A stretch of 64,000 nucleotides of DNA from a virus (IMGVR_UViG_3300036900_000025:14955-78954), one strand, 5' to 3'. Positions 18,001-28,327 are shown, numbered from the stretch's first letter. Translations and numbers: made by a program. Notes: a model not told the origin generated them from the sequence alone.

Positions 18001-20547
18001 GGTTCCGGTGGCTTGGGTCGCGAGGGTTCACAGGCTGACCAGTCGAAACTGATTGATCAGTTCACAGAGGACCTTCGCAAGCGCACTGGTCAGATGTTCG
18101 GCAACGTGGACTTCACTGGACCGTTCCGGCGTGCCTGGAAGAACGTCACTGACTGGTGGACCGCAAACATCACGCCTGCTCTCAGTGCGCTAGGTGGCGA
18201 GGTCGAGCAGGCTTGGGGCAAGATCAGCTTCGATGGTCCGTTGGCTAAGATCACAGCCTTCGGTCATGCCTTCTGGGACCTGTTCGGTGGCGACATTATG
18301 AAGGTCGTCAACGTTCTCAGTGACAACCTGCACAAGGCTATCGTCACCATCGGGCCAGAGCTTGAAGCGTTCAAGGGCCTCATCAAGCCGCTTGGTGATC
18401 TCTTTGTCATGCTGTGGAACGGGATCAAGCCGGTAGCCGAGATCCTTGGGCTGGCGCTCCTGGCAAACCTCAAGCTCGTTGCCGACGTGTTCGCCAACAC
18501 GCTGGGTCCGGTTCTTGACACCGCGATTGACCTGATCGCAGATGTGCTCAAGGCCTTCCGTGGAGTGATCGAGTTCGTCGTCGGTGTGATGACAGGAGAC
18601 TGGGCACTTGCTTGGAAGGGCATCCAGGATACCTTCATGGGTACCTGGGAAGGTATCTACCACATCCTCGAAGGTGCCGTTTCGATCGTCGTAGGCTTCA
18701 TCAAGGGCATCGTGGAGGGTGTGGTCGGCTGGTTCAAGTGGCTCTACGACACCCTGATCGGCCACTCGATCATTCCAGATATCATCAACGGAATCTTCGA
18801 CTGGTTCCACAAGCTTGCTGATCTTCCCGGCTGGATCTACGACCACACCTTGAAGCCGATCTTCGAAGGCATGAGGGACTGGTGGACAAACACCCTCAAG
18901 CCTAAGGTCGATGACATCAGCAGTGGCATCATCGGCTTCTTCCACAAGCTCGGCGATCTGCCGCAGTGGCTCTGGGACAACACCTGGAATGCCCTGTGGA
19001 CCAAGTTGTCGAACTTCTGGGACAACACGCTTCTGCCTGGCGTTCAGGGCATCAAGCAGGGTATCGTTGATCAGTTCCACGCGCTGGGCAACCTGCCGGA
19101 GTGGCTGTACAACAACTCCTTCCTGCCGATCTGGACCAAGCTGAAGGATGTGTGGGACAACTACCTCGTCCCGCTGGGGAACAGGATCCTTCGTGGATTC
19201 GGAAACATCTTCAACGGCGTAGGCGAGGCTGTTGCAGCAGGCGTCAATATCGCAATCGGAGCGATCAACAAGCTGATCGACGGCCTTGACTGGATCGGAT
19301 CCCACGTTCCTGGCCTCAGCTTCAAGGTGTCCAACATCGGCACCTACAGCTTCGAGAAGTGGAGCCCGCCGCAGTACGCGAAGGGTGGCATCCTCCCCAC
19401 TGCTGTCGGTGGCGGCTTTATGACCAATGGTGCTCGGGCCATTGTGGGCGAAGGTGGACCTCACCCAGAGTTCGTCATCCCGACCGATCCACGGCACCGC
19501 AAGAACGCGACCGACCTCCTCGGCAAGGCTGCCGAGAAGCTTGGCGTGGGAGGGATCGGGGACGTGTGGGATAGCATGAAGACTGCAGGGAGCAAGGCTA
19601 CTTCGTTCCTTCGCGAGAATGCAGTCAATGCGATCTTCGCTCCGATCAACGCGGCGGTCAACGCACTGTTGACTCAGGTACCAAGCGAGCTTGGTCTTCG
19701 TGCCTTCGCCAAGTACGGTGTCCAGCAGATCCAGGACTTCGCATCCGGTGTGAACGACCACCTCGTTACCAGTGGACCGTGGGGCAAGCCGGTTGCGCTG
19801 GCGCTGGGACTTCCGTTCGGTAACACGTACTCGGACGGCAGCTTCCACTCTGGCCAGGACTTCCCCGGTCCCATCGGTACGGCGATCAAGGCCGCGAGCG
19901 CTGGTATAGTCAAGGCTTCCTACGACATTCACGGAACCAGTCCGTACAACAACTTCCCGTACGCTTCCTACGGTCGTCTCGTCCAGATCAACCACGGTGA
20001 CGGAATCGAGACGCTCTACGCTCACCTCAGCGAGCGGCTCGTGGAGGCTGGCGACAAGATCAAGACTGGTGACCTCATCGGTCGTCTTGGTGAGATGGGT
20101 AACGCGACCGGGCCTCACCTGCACTTTGAGGTTCGTCGCAACGGTGACCCGATCAACCCGATCCCGTTCCTGGCTGACAAGGGAGTTCGGTACGACGGAG
20201 GCGGCTGGCTACCCCACGGTGGCGTAGGAGTCAACACTTCTGGGATGCCAGAGCCCGTATTCTCTAACCAGCAGTGGAGCACGATCGACCGCGCAACCCG
20301 TGTCTCTATGGCTATGGCGACCACGCTGCCGAACACCATAAAGGACGCTGTGAACGTAGCGGTAGACCGGGCCGTGACGGCAGCGGTGCAGCGTGCTACG
20401 GTCGTGTCGGGCGCGAACGGGACCACGGCGAGCACTCAGGCCGGTGGAGTCACCATCAACATCTACGGAAACCTGGAGATGCCGAACATCACCGACGGAA
20501 CTGACGCAGAGCAGTTCCTGAAGAACCTCGAGAGTCTGGCGGGCTAA
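15067..20547 (+). CDS. Tape measure protein (TP901 type) with C-terminal M23 peptidase
   Basis: 1826 aa helical protein with Trp/Phe repeats; HSGQDF...YGRLV.INHG...YAHL...TGPHLHFEVR. Confidence 0.95.
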   Translation: MNIQVRVLSAQAQTQIKALEAELARLRTELAATNTASNAANAATARSVGGLKKWGSQLQWAGRQLQYNFTIPILLAAGAATKFYMDNQKALVGLKKVYGDLGMSQRTINNEVKALSKAFEALSAQYGVQQKQVIEIGAAWAQAGVSGVALAKSTELTLKTMVLGEMDSTKATQALIAIQAQYRLSTSELTDVIGQLNIIENQTGVSLADLVDGFSRTAGVARAAGVTVKELGAMMAALVPAAGTAAQAGNALKTIFSRLLSPTAEAADVLKEMGINLTDTSWKSATATQRLEIMAKQFSKLEGPQRAVVSALVASRFQLNKFEILMDSMNSKFETYYDKANKAVEQTDYMRVAQKELNQVLQSDPKRLERTWVMLQNAMADIIIPMIPAILGLANMIQRLAQAFSDLDPTIQMFIMSALLALAAVGPLARMIGATSLLFGEMSSAIKWVGANLKLLVGWIAETGLAIGRFLIGPWGLAIAAAVALIVVFRRQIEQAFTNLVNWFQHSGSAWVAVFKPVVDFFGAAVDYIEKAFNSLPNAVQNALMAVVTIVATAAKQVYEWLSYLNPFARHSPSVVDNVRAGMAVIRNEFSSIASIHGPIDKAYKDIKRFSQATAAFRGGMDTAQRAQDRKTVAKVDPGALHAFDALVADLKQLTAMMNTYEAAVKRQETVVQGWKDKLDAANAELDKQQKKLDDLQAKLDKWQKKLDDSQTALANWSQTPITGMKAMSDAIFSNEQAQKKLRLEMMNMEDAVGPIDDLRARYAALQGDIENLKGEQANLRSAGAGSDILATYDQQIAGLQAQQQATQDATKPIDDLQKQLDALQREGERLDLTNSLQFDPLTRQIEAASNAMQEMPFDVIMAGIQQAQTDIGKYQDKVDAATKAVNDQTVAVNNAQAARDKVSANLDREQKQLDGLQQKYQDVKSAVDDVTTALNDMVSASNDSIRAAKAKASAKGSVSPGLQNFRDAAGGKFADVGGSGGLGREGSQADQSKLIDQFTEDLRKRTGQMFGNVDFTGPFRRAWKNVTDWWTANITPALSALGGEVEQAWGKISFDGPLAKITAFGHAFWDLFGGDIMKVVNVLSDNLHKAIVTIGPELEAFKGLIKPLGDLFVMLWNGIKPVAEILGLALLANLKLVADVFANTLGPVLDTAIDLIADVLKAFRGVIEFVVGVMTGDWALAWKGIQDTFMGTWEGIYHILEGAVSIVVGFIKGIVEGVVGWFKWLYDTLIGHSIIPDIINGIFDWFHKLADLPGWIYDHTLKPIFEGMRDWWTNTLKPKVDDISSGIIGFFHKLGDLPQWLWDNTWNALWTKLSNFWDNTLLPGVQGIKQGIVDQFHALGNLPEWLYNNSFLPIWTKLKDVWDNYLVPLGNRILRGFGNIFNGVGEAVAAGVNIAIGAINKLIDGLDWIGSHVPGLSFKVSNIGTYSFEKWSPPQYAKGGILPTAVGGGFMTNGARAIVGEGGPHPEFVIPTDPRHRKNATDLLGKAAEKLGVGGIGDVWDSMKTAGSKATSFLRENAVNAIFAPINAAVNALLTQVPSELGLRAFAKYGVQQIQDFASGVNDHLVTSGPWGKPVALALGLPFGNTYSDGSFHSGQDFPGPIGTAIKAASAGIVKASYDIHGTSPYNNFPYASYGRLVQINHGDGIETLYAHLSERLVEAGDKIKTGDLIGRLGEMGNATGPHLHFEVRRNGDPINPIPFLADKGVRYDGGGWLPHGGVGVNTSGMPEPVFSNQQWSTIDRATRVSMAMATTLPNTIKDAVNVAVDRAVTAAVQRATVVSGANGTTASTQAGGVTINIYGNLEMPNITDGTDAEQFLKNLESLAG

Positions 20548-23500
20548 TGGGACAGGTCAACATTGTTCCAGACGGTGGGTCTGTCTACCAGATCAACGAC
20601 TTCAACCAGGGCACCTACTATGGTCAGAGTTCGTTCCCGGTTGCGGCTGGTCAGTTCTCGCAGATCAACTGGGGTTACCCAGGTGTCGGCTACTACATGT
20701 TCGACGAGGCGCATGGATACCCTGCGTCGTCTCGGCACATCATCCAGGTTCGTAGCGCGGCTACGATGTACCAAAGTCACAACGAATGCATCTCAACCTT
20801 CGCTGTGGCAGGTCTTGGTTCTGATGCTCAGCTGACCGGTACTACTGCGTACACCACTGTCTACGGTGCGTGGGTTGCCCCGCCTGCTGCTGGTTCTCAC
20901 TTCGACATCGCTTGGTACCAGGACAACCGGCCTTCGGGCCTGGCTTCGAGCTTCCGACTCATTGATGTATGGGTCGAGGTCATCTATGCCGACTACCCGA
21001 GCAATCCCGTAGCAGCCAGTGACAAGAGCGTAGCGACAACAACCTTCACTGCCCAAGTCACACTTCCTGCAATCGGTACTGGCCAGTCGCAGAGTGCTCA
21101 GTTCCAGATCGCTACTGATCCTGGATTCGGTAACGTCATCTGGAGCGGTGGTACTGGTCAGGTTGGATCAGGCCTCGTTACGGTAACGAGCCCTGTTGTC
21201 GGTCCTGGTACTTACTACGCTCGTGCGTACGCGCTTGACCAGTATGGATACGGCAGCGGTTGGTCCGGTACACAGACCATCACAGTCAGCTACCCTGCGC
21301 CTCCGACTCCGACTGTTGTTACGCCAGCGTCCGGTGCAACGGTCACCATCCCGAACCCGGTTCTCGGTGCGACGCTTGGCGCAGCCACTAACGGTCAGAC
21401 GCAGCGTGCGGAATGGCAGATCGCTCCAGACAACACCTTCACTTCCGGCGTGCGCGTCATCACAGAGGCGACCTCTGACCTTCGTGTATCTGGCGCTACC
21501 ACTGAATCTCCGACGCTTGCGAACCTGAACCTTGCTAACGGTACTTGGTGGGTCAGGGCTCGATCCATTGATGTCTATGGTCAGGCATCTGGCTACAGCG
21601 CCGGCACAAGCTTCACCGTCAGTGTAGCACCGCCTCCTGTTCCAACAGTGCTGACGCCAGCGTCGGGTGCGACGGTCACAACGACGAACCCGACGCTGGG
21701 CGCAACACTTGGTGCAGCCTCGAACGGACGCCTCTCTAAGGCTGAGTGGAGGCTCTCCAAGGACAACACGTTCGCAGTCGGTGTCTACACAGTTACCGAA
21801 GCTGATGGTGACAGGCGAACCTCCGGTGCCACGACAGAACTGGTACCTACCTCTGTCGTAAGGCTTACGAACGGCACCTGGTACATGCAGGCCCGTTCCA
21901 TCGCAGACGACGGGTCTGCATCGGCCTTCTCGGCAACGCAGTCCTTCACGGTCGCACTTGCCGCGCCGCCAACTCCGACAGCACTCACGCCGGCAGCTGG
22001 CTCCACAGTCACCACCAACACGCCAACCGTGGGTGGGACAGTCGGAGCCGCTACTGATAACCGGAAGTCGAAGCTTGAGTTCCAGTTCGCTACTGACTCG
22101 GGCTTCACTACCAACATCAAGACCGTTCTGGAGCCTGACACAGCACTTCGCTTGTCTGGCGCATCCACCATCGCAGTGCCGATCGCACAGAAGCTCTCGC
22201 AGACAACTTGGTACATGCGAGCGCGAGCGATTGACGAGTTCGGTTCGTACGGTGCGTACACTGCCAGCCAGACGATCATTCCGAACCACCCGCCGAACAG
22301 TACTGGTCAAGCGCCGACAGCCAACATCACGCTGCTCTACGCAGGCACTACACCGTTCTCGTGGGTCTTCACTGACCCATTCGCTGGCGACTCTCAGCGT
22401 GCATACCAGATCGTCATTGAGCGTAACGATACTGGTGCGACCGTGCTTGACACAGGCAAGATCGTATCTACGTCACAGGCAGTCACGGCAGCTATCCCTG
22501 TTGGATCCAAGGACGTTCAGCTCCGCTGGAAGCTTCAGGTCTGGGACCAGGATGACGTTGGTTCTGGTTTCAGCAACTACTATCTGTTCTACGTCAGTGA
22601 TGCTCCAGTAGTCACGATCACTTCGCCTACGCTCAACCAGGTCGTGGGTAGTGGTAAGCCGACCATCACCTGGACAAACGACGCTCAGACCGTTCAGCAG
22701 TCCTACAGGGTCGTGTTCACGAGGGTTAGTGACGGCGCTGTAATCCACGATTCTGGAGTCGTGCTTAGCAACGCACTGTCGTACACTCCTCCGCAGACCA
22801 TCCTGACGAACCTTGTCAACTACAGTGTCGCAGTTACCATTGTTGACACTGTCGGTCTGTCTACGACGGTCAACCGGCCATTCAGTACGTCCTACACTGC
22901 GCCGCCTACTGTCACCTACACTGCTGACGGCAGTACATACGACATCGGTGGCTACGTCGGCATTGACTGGTCTCAACAGACCCCCGACCCGACGTGGCTT
23001 TCGTGGAGGCTCTACCGGCGTGCGCTCGGTGATTCGCAGTGGACCTTCCTCAAGGCATGGACTGACGTCAACGTCCGTACTTACAAAGACTGGACCGCAC
23101 TCTCCGGTACGACTTACGAGTACGCAGTTACGCAGACTGCTGACAGGTCTGGCGTTACCTTCGAGTCGATTCCTCCGGTCAACCTGACCGACGTACCGAC
23201 TATCTCTTCGTACTACTGGCTACTCAATCCGACCGACAGCACGAAGAACTTCCTGATCTCCAACGTGTCATCTGACTCCTACACCGACAGCGTGGAGCAG
23301 GAGACATACACTGTCATCGGTCGCGGCCAGCGGACCGACTACGGTACAGACCTTGGTATCACAGGCACTATCACTGCCCTGCTGCGTGATCGGACCTGGG
23401 CGACCGCACGTCAGCAGAAGCAGTTCCTCGAGAACATCAAGCGTGATCGGGTGGCTTACCTTCTCCGCACCCCGTTCGGTGATCTCTACCAGGTCAGCAT

Positions 23501-23585
23501 GAACGACGTGACCGTGAGTCGCGTAGCCGGTGTGGGTCGCTCGGAGTTCGTTGACGTGACGATCCCCTACACTGAGGTCATCTAG
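20547..23585 (+). CDS. Minor tail/distal tail protein with tandem FN3/Ig-like repeats
   Basis: Repeats of P.PT..TPA.G.TVT...P.LG.T.GAA...TW..RARS/AI; follows the tape measure gene. Confidence 0.8.
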   Translation: MGQVNIVPDGGSVYQINDFNQGTYYGQSSFPVAAGQFSQINWGYPGVGYYMFDEAHGYPASSRHIIQVRSAATMYQSHNECISTFAVAGLGSDAQLTGTTAYTTVYGAWVAPPAAGSHFDIAWYQDNRPSGLASSFRLIDVWVEVIYADYPSNPVAASDKSVATTTFTAQVTLPAIGTGQSQSAQFQIATDPGFGNVIWSGGTGQVGSGLVTVTSPVVGPGTYYARAYALDQYGYGSGWSGTQTITVSYPAPPTPTVVTPASGATVTIPNPVLGATLGAATNGQTQRAEWQIAPDNTFTSGVRVITEATSDLRVSGATTESPTLANLNLANGTWWVRARSIDVYGQASGYSAGTSFTVSVAPPPVPTVLTPASGATVTTTNPTLGATLGAASNGRLSKAEWRLSKDNTFAVGVYTVTEADGDRRTSGATTELVPTSVVRLTNGTWYMQARSIADDGSASAFSATQSFTVALAAPPTPTALTPAAGSTVTTNTPTVGGTVGAATDNRKSKLEFQFATDSGFTTNIKTVLEPDTALRLSGASTIAVPIAQKLSQTTWYMRARAIDEFGSYGAYTASQTIIPNHPPNSTGQAPTANITLLYAGTTPFSWVFTDPFAGDSQRAYQIVIERNDTGATVLDTGKIVSTSQAVTAAIPVGSKDVQLRWKLQVWDQDDVGSGFSNYYLFYVSDAPVVTITSPTLNQVVGSGKPTITWTNDAQTVQQSYRVVFTRVSDGAVIHDSGVVLSNALSYTPPQTILTNLVNYSVAVTIVDTVGLSTTVNRPFSTSYTAPPTVTYTADGSTYDIGGYVGIDWSQQTPDPTWLSWRLYRRALGDSQWTFLKAWTDVNVRTYKDWTALSGTTYEYAVTQTADRSGVTFESIPPVNLTDVPTISSYYWLLNPTDSTKNFLISNVSSDSYTDSVEQETYTVIGRGQRTDYGTDLGITGTITALLRDRTWATARQQKQFLENIKRDRVAYLLRTPFGDLYQVSMNDVTVSRVAGVGRSEFVDVTIPYTEVI

Positions 23586-23587
23586 GA

Positions 23588-24736
23588 ATGGCACCGGCTC
23601 CCGTTGCAGCCGTCCTGGCCGCAGTCAATGGACCTACTACTCAGGTCACCTCTCGGCTTGAGATCTACGAGACGGATGCCCTCACGCGGTGGGTGGGTGA
23701 TACTCAGGGAAGGCTGATCGACGGCTCGGTTACGGTTGACTACGACCGTGATGAGCGCAGAGCATTTGATCTGACTCTGGACAACTACGATAACGCTCTG
23801 GCTCACGACCCTAACGGTGGGTTCTGGTACGACAAGGTCCTTAAGCTCTACAAGGGTATCACCTATCAGCAAGAAGTAGGTGGTAACTTTGTTTACCAGA
23901 CTGTTACCTGGGAGACGCAGATCGGCGAGTTCGTCATCGACCAACTGAGTGAGGCTCACTTCCCTCACCAGCTTCACGTCACCGGCCGGGACTACACGAA
24001 GCGCTGCTTGACCTCCAAGTTCGTCACTTCAACGACCTTCAGTGCTGGCCAGGCAATCGAAACACTGGTTCGTAACATCGCTGCGCTCGCTGGCATCACA
24101 AAGTTCCTTCTCCCCAACACAGGCAAGACTGTTGACCGCACCTTCACCTACGAGCGTGGTGTCGAGCGCTGGAAGGCCATGAAGGAGATTGCGGACGCCT
24201 ACGGTTACGAGCTGTTCTTCGACGGTCAGGGTTACCTCGTCATGCGGGAGTATAAAGATCCAGTCTACGCGCCTACGTCGGTCGTCCTCTCGACGGGTCA
24301 AGCGGGTAACCTCGTAACTTACGAGAAGTCCACGAACGATACTCGGGTCTACAACCACATTGTCGTGACTGGCGAGTCTTCGGATACGTCTGTGGCTCCT
24401 GTGTTCGCTGAGGCGCTCAACAACGAGCCGTCGAGCCCGACGAGGATTGCTCGTCTTGGTGACAGGCTCTACGAGTACACGAGTTCGTTCATCACGACCG
24501 TTGCTCAGTGCCAGGACACCGCGACAAAGTTCCTCAAGATCCATGCGCTGGAGGAGTACGACTTCAACTTCAGCTCGATCGCCTACCCCTGGCTAGAAGT
24601 CGGAGACATCGCGCAGTTCATCGACCCTCGGCCAGGCGTTGGCGACCCTGACCGATTTCTTATGTCAACTCTTTCGATTCCACTCAAGGGCGGGCCGATG
24701 ACTGGTAACGCCAAGCGAGTGACGGTGGTGGGATAA
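23588..24736 (+). CDS. Minor tail/hub protein (DUF5047-like)
   Basis: DGSVTVD...RR...LTL, G.FVI, YNH.VVTGE, P.LEVGD. Confidence 0.75.
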   Translation: MAPAPVAAVLAAVNGPTTQVTSRLEIYETDALTRWVGDTQGRLIDGSVTVDYDRDERRAFDLTLDNYDNALAHDPNGGFWYDKVLKLYKGITYQQEVGGNFVYQTVTWETQIGEFVIDQLSEAHFPHQLHVTGRDYTKRCLTSKFVTSTTFSAGQAIETLVRNIAALAGITKFLLPNTGKTVDRTFTYERGVERWKAMKEIADAYGYELFFDGQGYLVMREYKDPVYAPTSVVLSTGQAGNLVTYEKSTNDTRVYNHIVVTGESSDTSVAPVFAEALNNEPSSPTRIARLGDRLYEYTSSFITTVAQCQDTATKFLKIHALEEYDFNFSSIAYPWLEVGDIAQFIDPRPGVGDPDRFLMSTLSIPLKGGPMTGNAKRVTVVG

Positions 24737-26142
24737 TGGCTGACCTTGACGAGTACCCAACCGCTCTGCGCTTCCGTGACATCATCCAGAGTATGGTGTC
24801 AGCGCAGATCGAGAAAAACCGTCCTCGTTACAAGTACGCCGTCGTCAAGTCCATTGACCGTGTCAACTACAAGAGCACGGTGCGGTTCCCTGGCGAGACT
24901 GTAGACGTAACGGTCAATATGGGAGCAGTCCAGCCGAACGCGATCAACCAGGTCGTTCGGGTGGATGGGATCGCGTCTGACCGCTACATCGCCGATGTCA
25001 TGGGACTGGCCTACGTTGCGGCTGCTTCGCCGAGCAATCCGGCCTACCCTGTAACCGATGCAGCCTTCAACACGACTACGCCTGCGTTCTTCAAGTCAGG
25101 CATCGGAATTTCTCCATCGGTCAACACGAATGACTTTGCATCGGGCATCTATTGGGGCCCGATGGGAGGTCAAGCAGCCCAGGCTGGTATCTATGTCCAG
25201 CAGTCAAGCGTCTATGGGACGAAGATGTACTTCGCCACCACGGATGCATTCGGTACAGGCCAGAAGACTGGCATGTATATCGACCACTTGGGCAACGTCT
25301 ACTTGCCTCGAGTTGGCTCTGCTCTTACCGCTCCTAAGCTTGTAGTCGGTAGTACTGTTATCGAACCGAATGCTGGAACGTACTCACAACTTCAGATCAC
25401 AAACGGTTCCAAGTCTGGCTACTCTGGATTCCACTTTGCCGATGAAGGCTTGACCTTGATGATTGACGGCTCTGGTGCAAGTGGAGTCTACACTGACGCT
25501 GGTGCATGGATCTTCTACTTTGACTCTTCAGGCACTCTTGGTGCTGGTACGGTTCCAGGTGCTAGGGTATCTGGAGCAGTAGGTGCTGCCAACACTCTCT
25601 ACAATACTTCTGGAAACTACGCCACCTGGAACTGGTCTGGACAGGGTGGTCAGCCAGCGTGGCTGTGGGGCGGCAACGACAGCGTCAACATGTACGTCTA
25701 CAACCCCTCGAACTTCAACGTCTACAGTGTTCAGACGGGTTCACCATACCCTGTAATCGCAGCCAGCATTACGATTGGTGGTTCTGCAAACACCTTTATC
25801 TCGTCAAACGGCACGATGCAGAAGGTGTCCTCTTCACTTCGACACAAGACGAATGTACGTCGGATGCTTGGTGGGAAAGATATCCACCAGGGGTTCCCCC
25901 ACGGACTGCTTCAGTTGGAAGCAAAGAAGTGGCTCTTTCGTCAGCGTCTCGAAGCCGAGAAGGATCGTTATGAGATCGGGTTCATCGCAGAGGACGTAGC
26001 CGAGGTCTTCCCCGACGCGATCTACTATGACGAGGAAGGTAAGATTGATGCCTACTCGCACCCTGCGATTGAGACTGCGCTTGTCGAACTTGTCAAAGAG
26101 CTGTTCAAGCGCGTGGAGAAGCTGGAAGGAAAGGCTGCCTAA
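24736..26142 (+). CDS. Tail spike/fibre with C-terminal intramolecular chaperone (peptidase S74)
   Basis: SSLRHKTNV...GFIAEDVAEVFP...coiled-coil end; Gly/Ser/Tyr-rich body. Confidence 0.8.
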   Translation: MADLDEYPTALRFRDIIQSMVSAQIEKNRPRYKYAVVKSIDRVNYKSTVRFPGETVDVTVNMGAVQPNAINQVVRVDGIASDRYIADVMGLAYVAAASPSNPAYPVTDAAFNTTTPAFFKSGIGISPSVNTNDFASGIYWGPMGGQAAQAGIYVQQSSVYGTKMYFATTDAFGTGQKTGMYIDHLGNVYLPRVGSALTAPKLVVGSTVIEPNAGTYSQLQITNGSKSGYSGFHFADEGLTLMIDGSGASGVYTDAGAWIFYFDSSGTLGAGTVPGARVSGAVGAANTLYNTSGNYATWNWSGQGGQPAWLWGGNDSVNMYVYNPSNFNVYSVQTGSPYPVIAASITIGGSANTFISSNGTMQKVSSSLRHKTNVRRMLGGKDIHQGFPHGLLQLEAKKWLFRQRLEAEKDRYEIGFIAEDVAEVFPDAIYYDEEGKIDAYSHPAIETALVELVKELFKRVEKLEGKAA

Positions 26143-26408
26143 TGGCTACCATCTCTGTCACAATCCCCGACGCTCTCATTCCGAGAGTTCGTGATGCAGT
26201 CCGGGGAACCTACGCAACAATCCCGGTCGGCGGTGACCCGATGAATCTCGATCCACTGAAGGGATTGTCTGACGGAGCAGCGATCAAGTGGGTCATGGCG
26301 GACTTCATCCAGAAGATCGTCAAGGACTGGGAGTCCAAGCAGGCCGCGGCGGTGGCACGAGACACTGCCATGACGACCGCAGCAACAGACATGTCCGCAA
26401 TCGTCTAG
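26142..26408 (+). CDS. Hypothetical protein
   Basis: TAATG coupling with an AAGG RBS. Confidence 0.7.
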   Translation: MATISVTIPDALIPRVRDAVRGTYATIPVGGDPMNLDPLKGLSDGAAIKWVMADFIQKIVKDWESKQAAAVARDTAMTTAATDMSAIV

Positions 26409-26417
26409 GAGAAGAAC

Positions 26418-26681
26418 GTGAGTGAGAACCAGCAGGAACCGATGCCGGAGCAGTTTCCCCCGCCGAAGATGATTGACCCTCAGTTCGTCATCCAGGCACT
26501 CGATCAGCAGCTCAACGAAGCGATGCGAACCCTCGTCCAGCTGCGTGCTCAAATGGCGCAGATGCAGTACGAGCACTCCGTCGAGGTCAAGACCCTGACC
26601 GAGGTGCTCCAGACCTACCAGCAGGTCGAAGAGTTCACCCTGCCCCCGGAGCCCGGCAAGGACGGTGCCGACCACGCTTGA
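26418..26681 (+). CDS. Small coiled-coil hypothetical protein
   Basis: AGGAG RBS. Confidence 0.7.
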   Translation: MSENQQEPMPEQFPPPKMIDPQFVIQALDQQLNEAMRTLVQLRAQMAQMQYEHSVEVKTLTEVLQTYQQVEEFTLPPEPGKDGADHA

Positions 26682-26706
26682 CAAGGAGGGAAACATCACC
26701 TAACCT
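26678..26706 (+). promoter_or_regulatory. Sigma-A promoter for the lysis cassette (TTGACA-17-TAACCT)
   Basis: Perfect -35, 17-bp spacer, TAnnnT -10. Confidence 0.7.
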
Positions 26707-26745
26707 TGCCACACCCGACAACCGGACACAGGAGGTCCACGCAAG

Positions 26746-27150
26746 ATGACGGATACCACGAGCACAGTTTCAGAGACGGTCGCAAGACCAGTCCGAACTG
26801 TTGTCCAGATGACTCCAGCCGCGATCGTAGTCGAGATCGTGGATTCGACTTTCTGGGACATGAACCAGCGCCAGTACACGGCGATCTTCGCCGGCCTCAC
26901 GCTCCTGTTCGGCTTCATCCAGGTTCACTTCGAGAACCGCACTGGCAAGGCGTTCCTTCGCCAGATCCCTCCGAAGGACGTCCCAGTCGTCGATGACGAC
27001 AAGCCTGTCATTCCCGAGGATGACGGACCGAACGACGACGAGGACATTGAGCAGGCTCCTCGTCAGTGGGGTGACGAGGTCAACGGAGACGATGACCACG
27101 GCCACAACGTCGGCGAAGAGGTCGAGGACCCGTTCGAGGACGCACGATGA
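26746..27150 (+). CDS. Probable holin with acidic tail
   Basis: RTVVQ followed by two hydrophobic segments; GGAGG RBS; directly before the endolysin. Confidence 0.65.
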   Translation: MTDTTSTVSETVARPVRTVVQMTPAAIVVEIVDSTFWDMNQRQYTAIFAGLTLLFGFIQVHFENRTGKAFLRQIPPKDVPVVDDDKPVIPEDDGPNDDEDIEQAPRQWGDEVNGDDDHGHNVGEEVEDPFEDAR

Positions 27151-27794
27151 GGGGCCCGGCATTCGAGGGATCGAACTGGTATCTCGCGCACAGCCTCCGC
27201 AACCTCGTTGCCGAGATCGACTACCGCTACCCGAAGAGGCCCATCGCCTCTGACGGCAGCATCGGTGACACTCGACACCAGGCCGAGTTCTCGGACCACA
27301 ACCCTGATGGCAAGGGCTGCGTCCACGCAATCGACATCACGACCGGCGTGGACGTGGGAGAGCAGGTCACTCGCCTACTCCTGACGCGGGCTCGTCGGGG
27401 CCAGCTCAAGTGCCTCTACTACGTCATCTTCCGTGGGGTGATCTACAGCAAGACCTACGGCTGGAAGGCGCGGAAGTACACCGGCTCCGACCCGCACACG
27501 AGCCATGTCCACATCTCGATCAACCGGGACGTGGCGTCGGAGCGCTGGGACGGCCTCTGGGGCGTTCGTCGGCTCGTGGACAACAGCCAGCTCGGCGACG
27601 ACCAGAAGGACGACTGGGTTGTAGTCCAGCGTCGGCTCAACGTCAAGCTGCACACTGGCATCGTGGTGGACGGCACGCCCGACGCCAAGACGCGAACTGC
27701 GATCAAGAAGGTCCAGAAGATCCTCGGCAACAAGCAGACCGGCAACCCCGGCACGGAAGTTCTGCACTGGCTTGGCTGCTACGTCCTTCGGTAG
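27147..27794 (+). CDS. Endolysin (Zn peptidase, M15-like) with peptidoglycan-binding domain
   Basis: SDG.IGD.RH...SDHNP...VHAID...PH..HVHIS; C-terminal VQRRL...VDG...T..AIK..Q. Confidence 0.85.
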   Translation: MRGPAFEGSNWYLAHSLRNLVAEIDYRYPKRPIASDGSIGDTRHQAEFSDHNPDGKGCVHAIDITTGVDVGEQVTRLLLTRARRGQLKCLYYVIFRGVIYSKTYGWKARKYTGSDPHTSHVHISINRDVASERWDGLWGVRRLVDNSQLGDDQKDDWVVVQRRLNVKLHTGIVVDGTPDAKTRTAIKKVQKILGNKQTGNPGTEVLHWLGCYVLR

Positions 27795-27797
27795 GTC

Positions 27798-28151
27798 ATG
27801 GCCCCACTCGAGAGTGAGAGTCCCGTAGTCGCTCAGTTAGCGGAGCGGCTACGGGACGCTCTTGTGAGGCTTGAAGGTCTTGCGTCGAAGATCGACCAGC
27901 AGTACCTCAGCAAGGAACTCTGGAAGGCTGACTCGGCTCGCTTGGACGAGGTCGTCCGCAGCATCCGACAGTCAATTACAAACGTAGAACAGATCGAAGC
28001 AACACACGCGACGAAAGAAGAGCTTGCACAGGTAAGACTGAACGTTGCCGAGTTGCAAGACGACAAGAAGTGGCTTGTTCGTCTTGTGATTGGTCTTATC
28101 GTCGTCGGTGTCATATCAGGCTTTATCGCGTCTGGAGGTTTCTCCAAGTGA
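27798..28151 (+). CDS. Coiled-coil membrane protein of the lysis cassette
   Basis: C-terminal TM segment WLVRLVIGLIVVGVISGFI. Confidence 0.7.
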   Translation: MAPLESESPVVAQLAERLRDALVRLEGLASKIDQQYLSKELWKADSARLDEVVRSIRQSITNVEQIEATHATKEELAQVRLNVAELQDDKKWLVRLVIGLIVVGVISGFIASGGFSK

Positions 28152-28327
28152 CGCACCGTGCGGAGCCAGTGGTTGCGCCCACCGAGGAGGAAATGCTAGC
28201 CTTGGTGAACGATGCGATCAATGAGCTGAATAAGGTGGCTCAGCATCTCGAGGCTTACGTCGGAGAAAGAAGTCCCGCTGAAAGAACACGGCGTGATGAC
28301 GAACCACACCACTGGAGCGAGCCTTGA
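28148..28327 (+). CDS. Small hypothetical protein
   Basis: GTGA/TTGA coupling on both sides. Confidence 0.5.
   Translation: MTHRAEPVVAPTEEEMLALVNDAINELNKVAQHLEAYVGERSPAERTRRDDEPHHWSEP

Noticed and set aside
18190-20124. 644-aa antisense ORF inside the tape measure gene, and similar long antisense ORFs (8755-10386, 13003-14175, 45446-46495, 47320-48465)
   Set aside because: Shadow ORFs caused by GC3-biased codon usage on the coding strand; no RBS or motifs.
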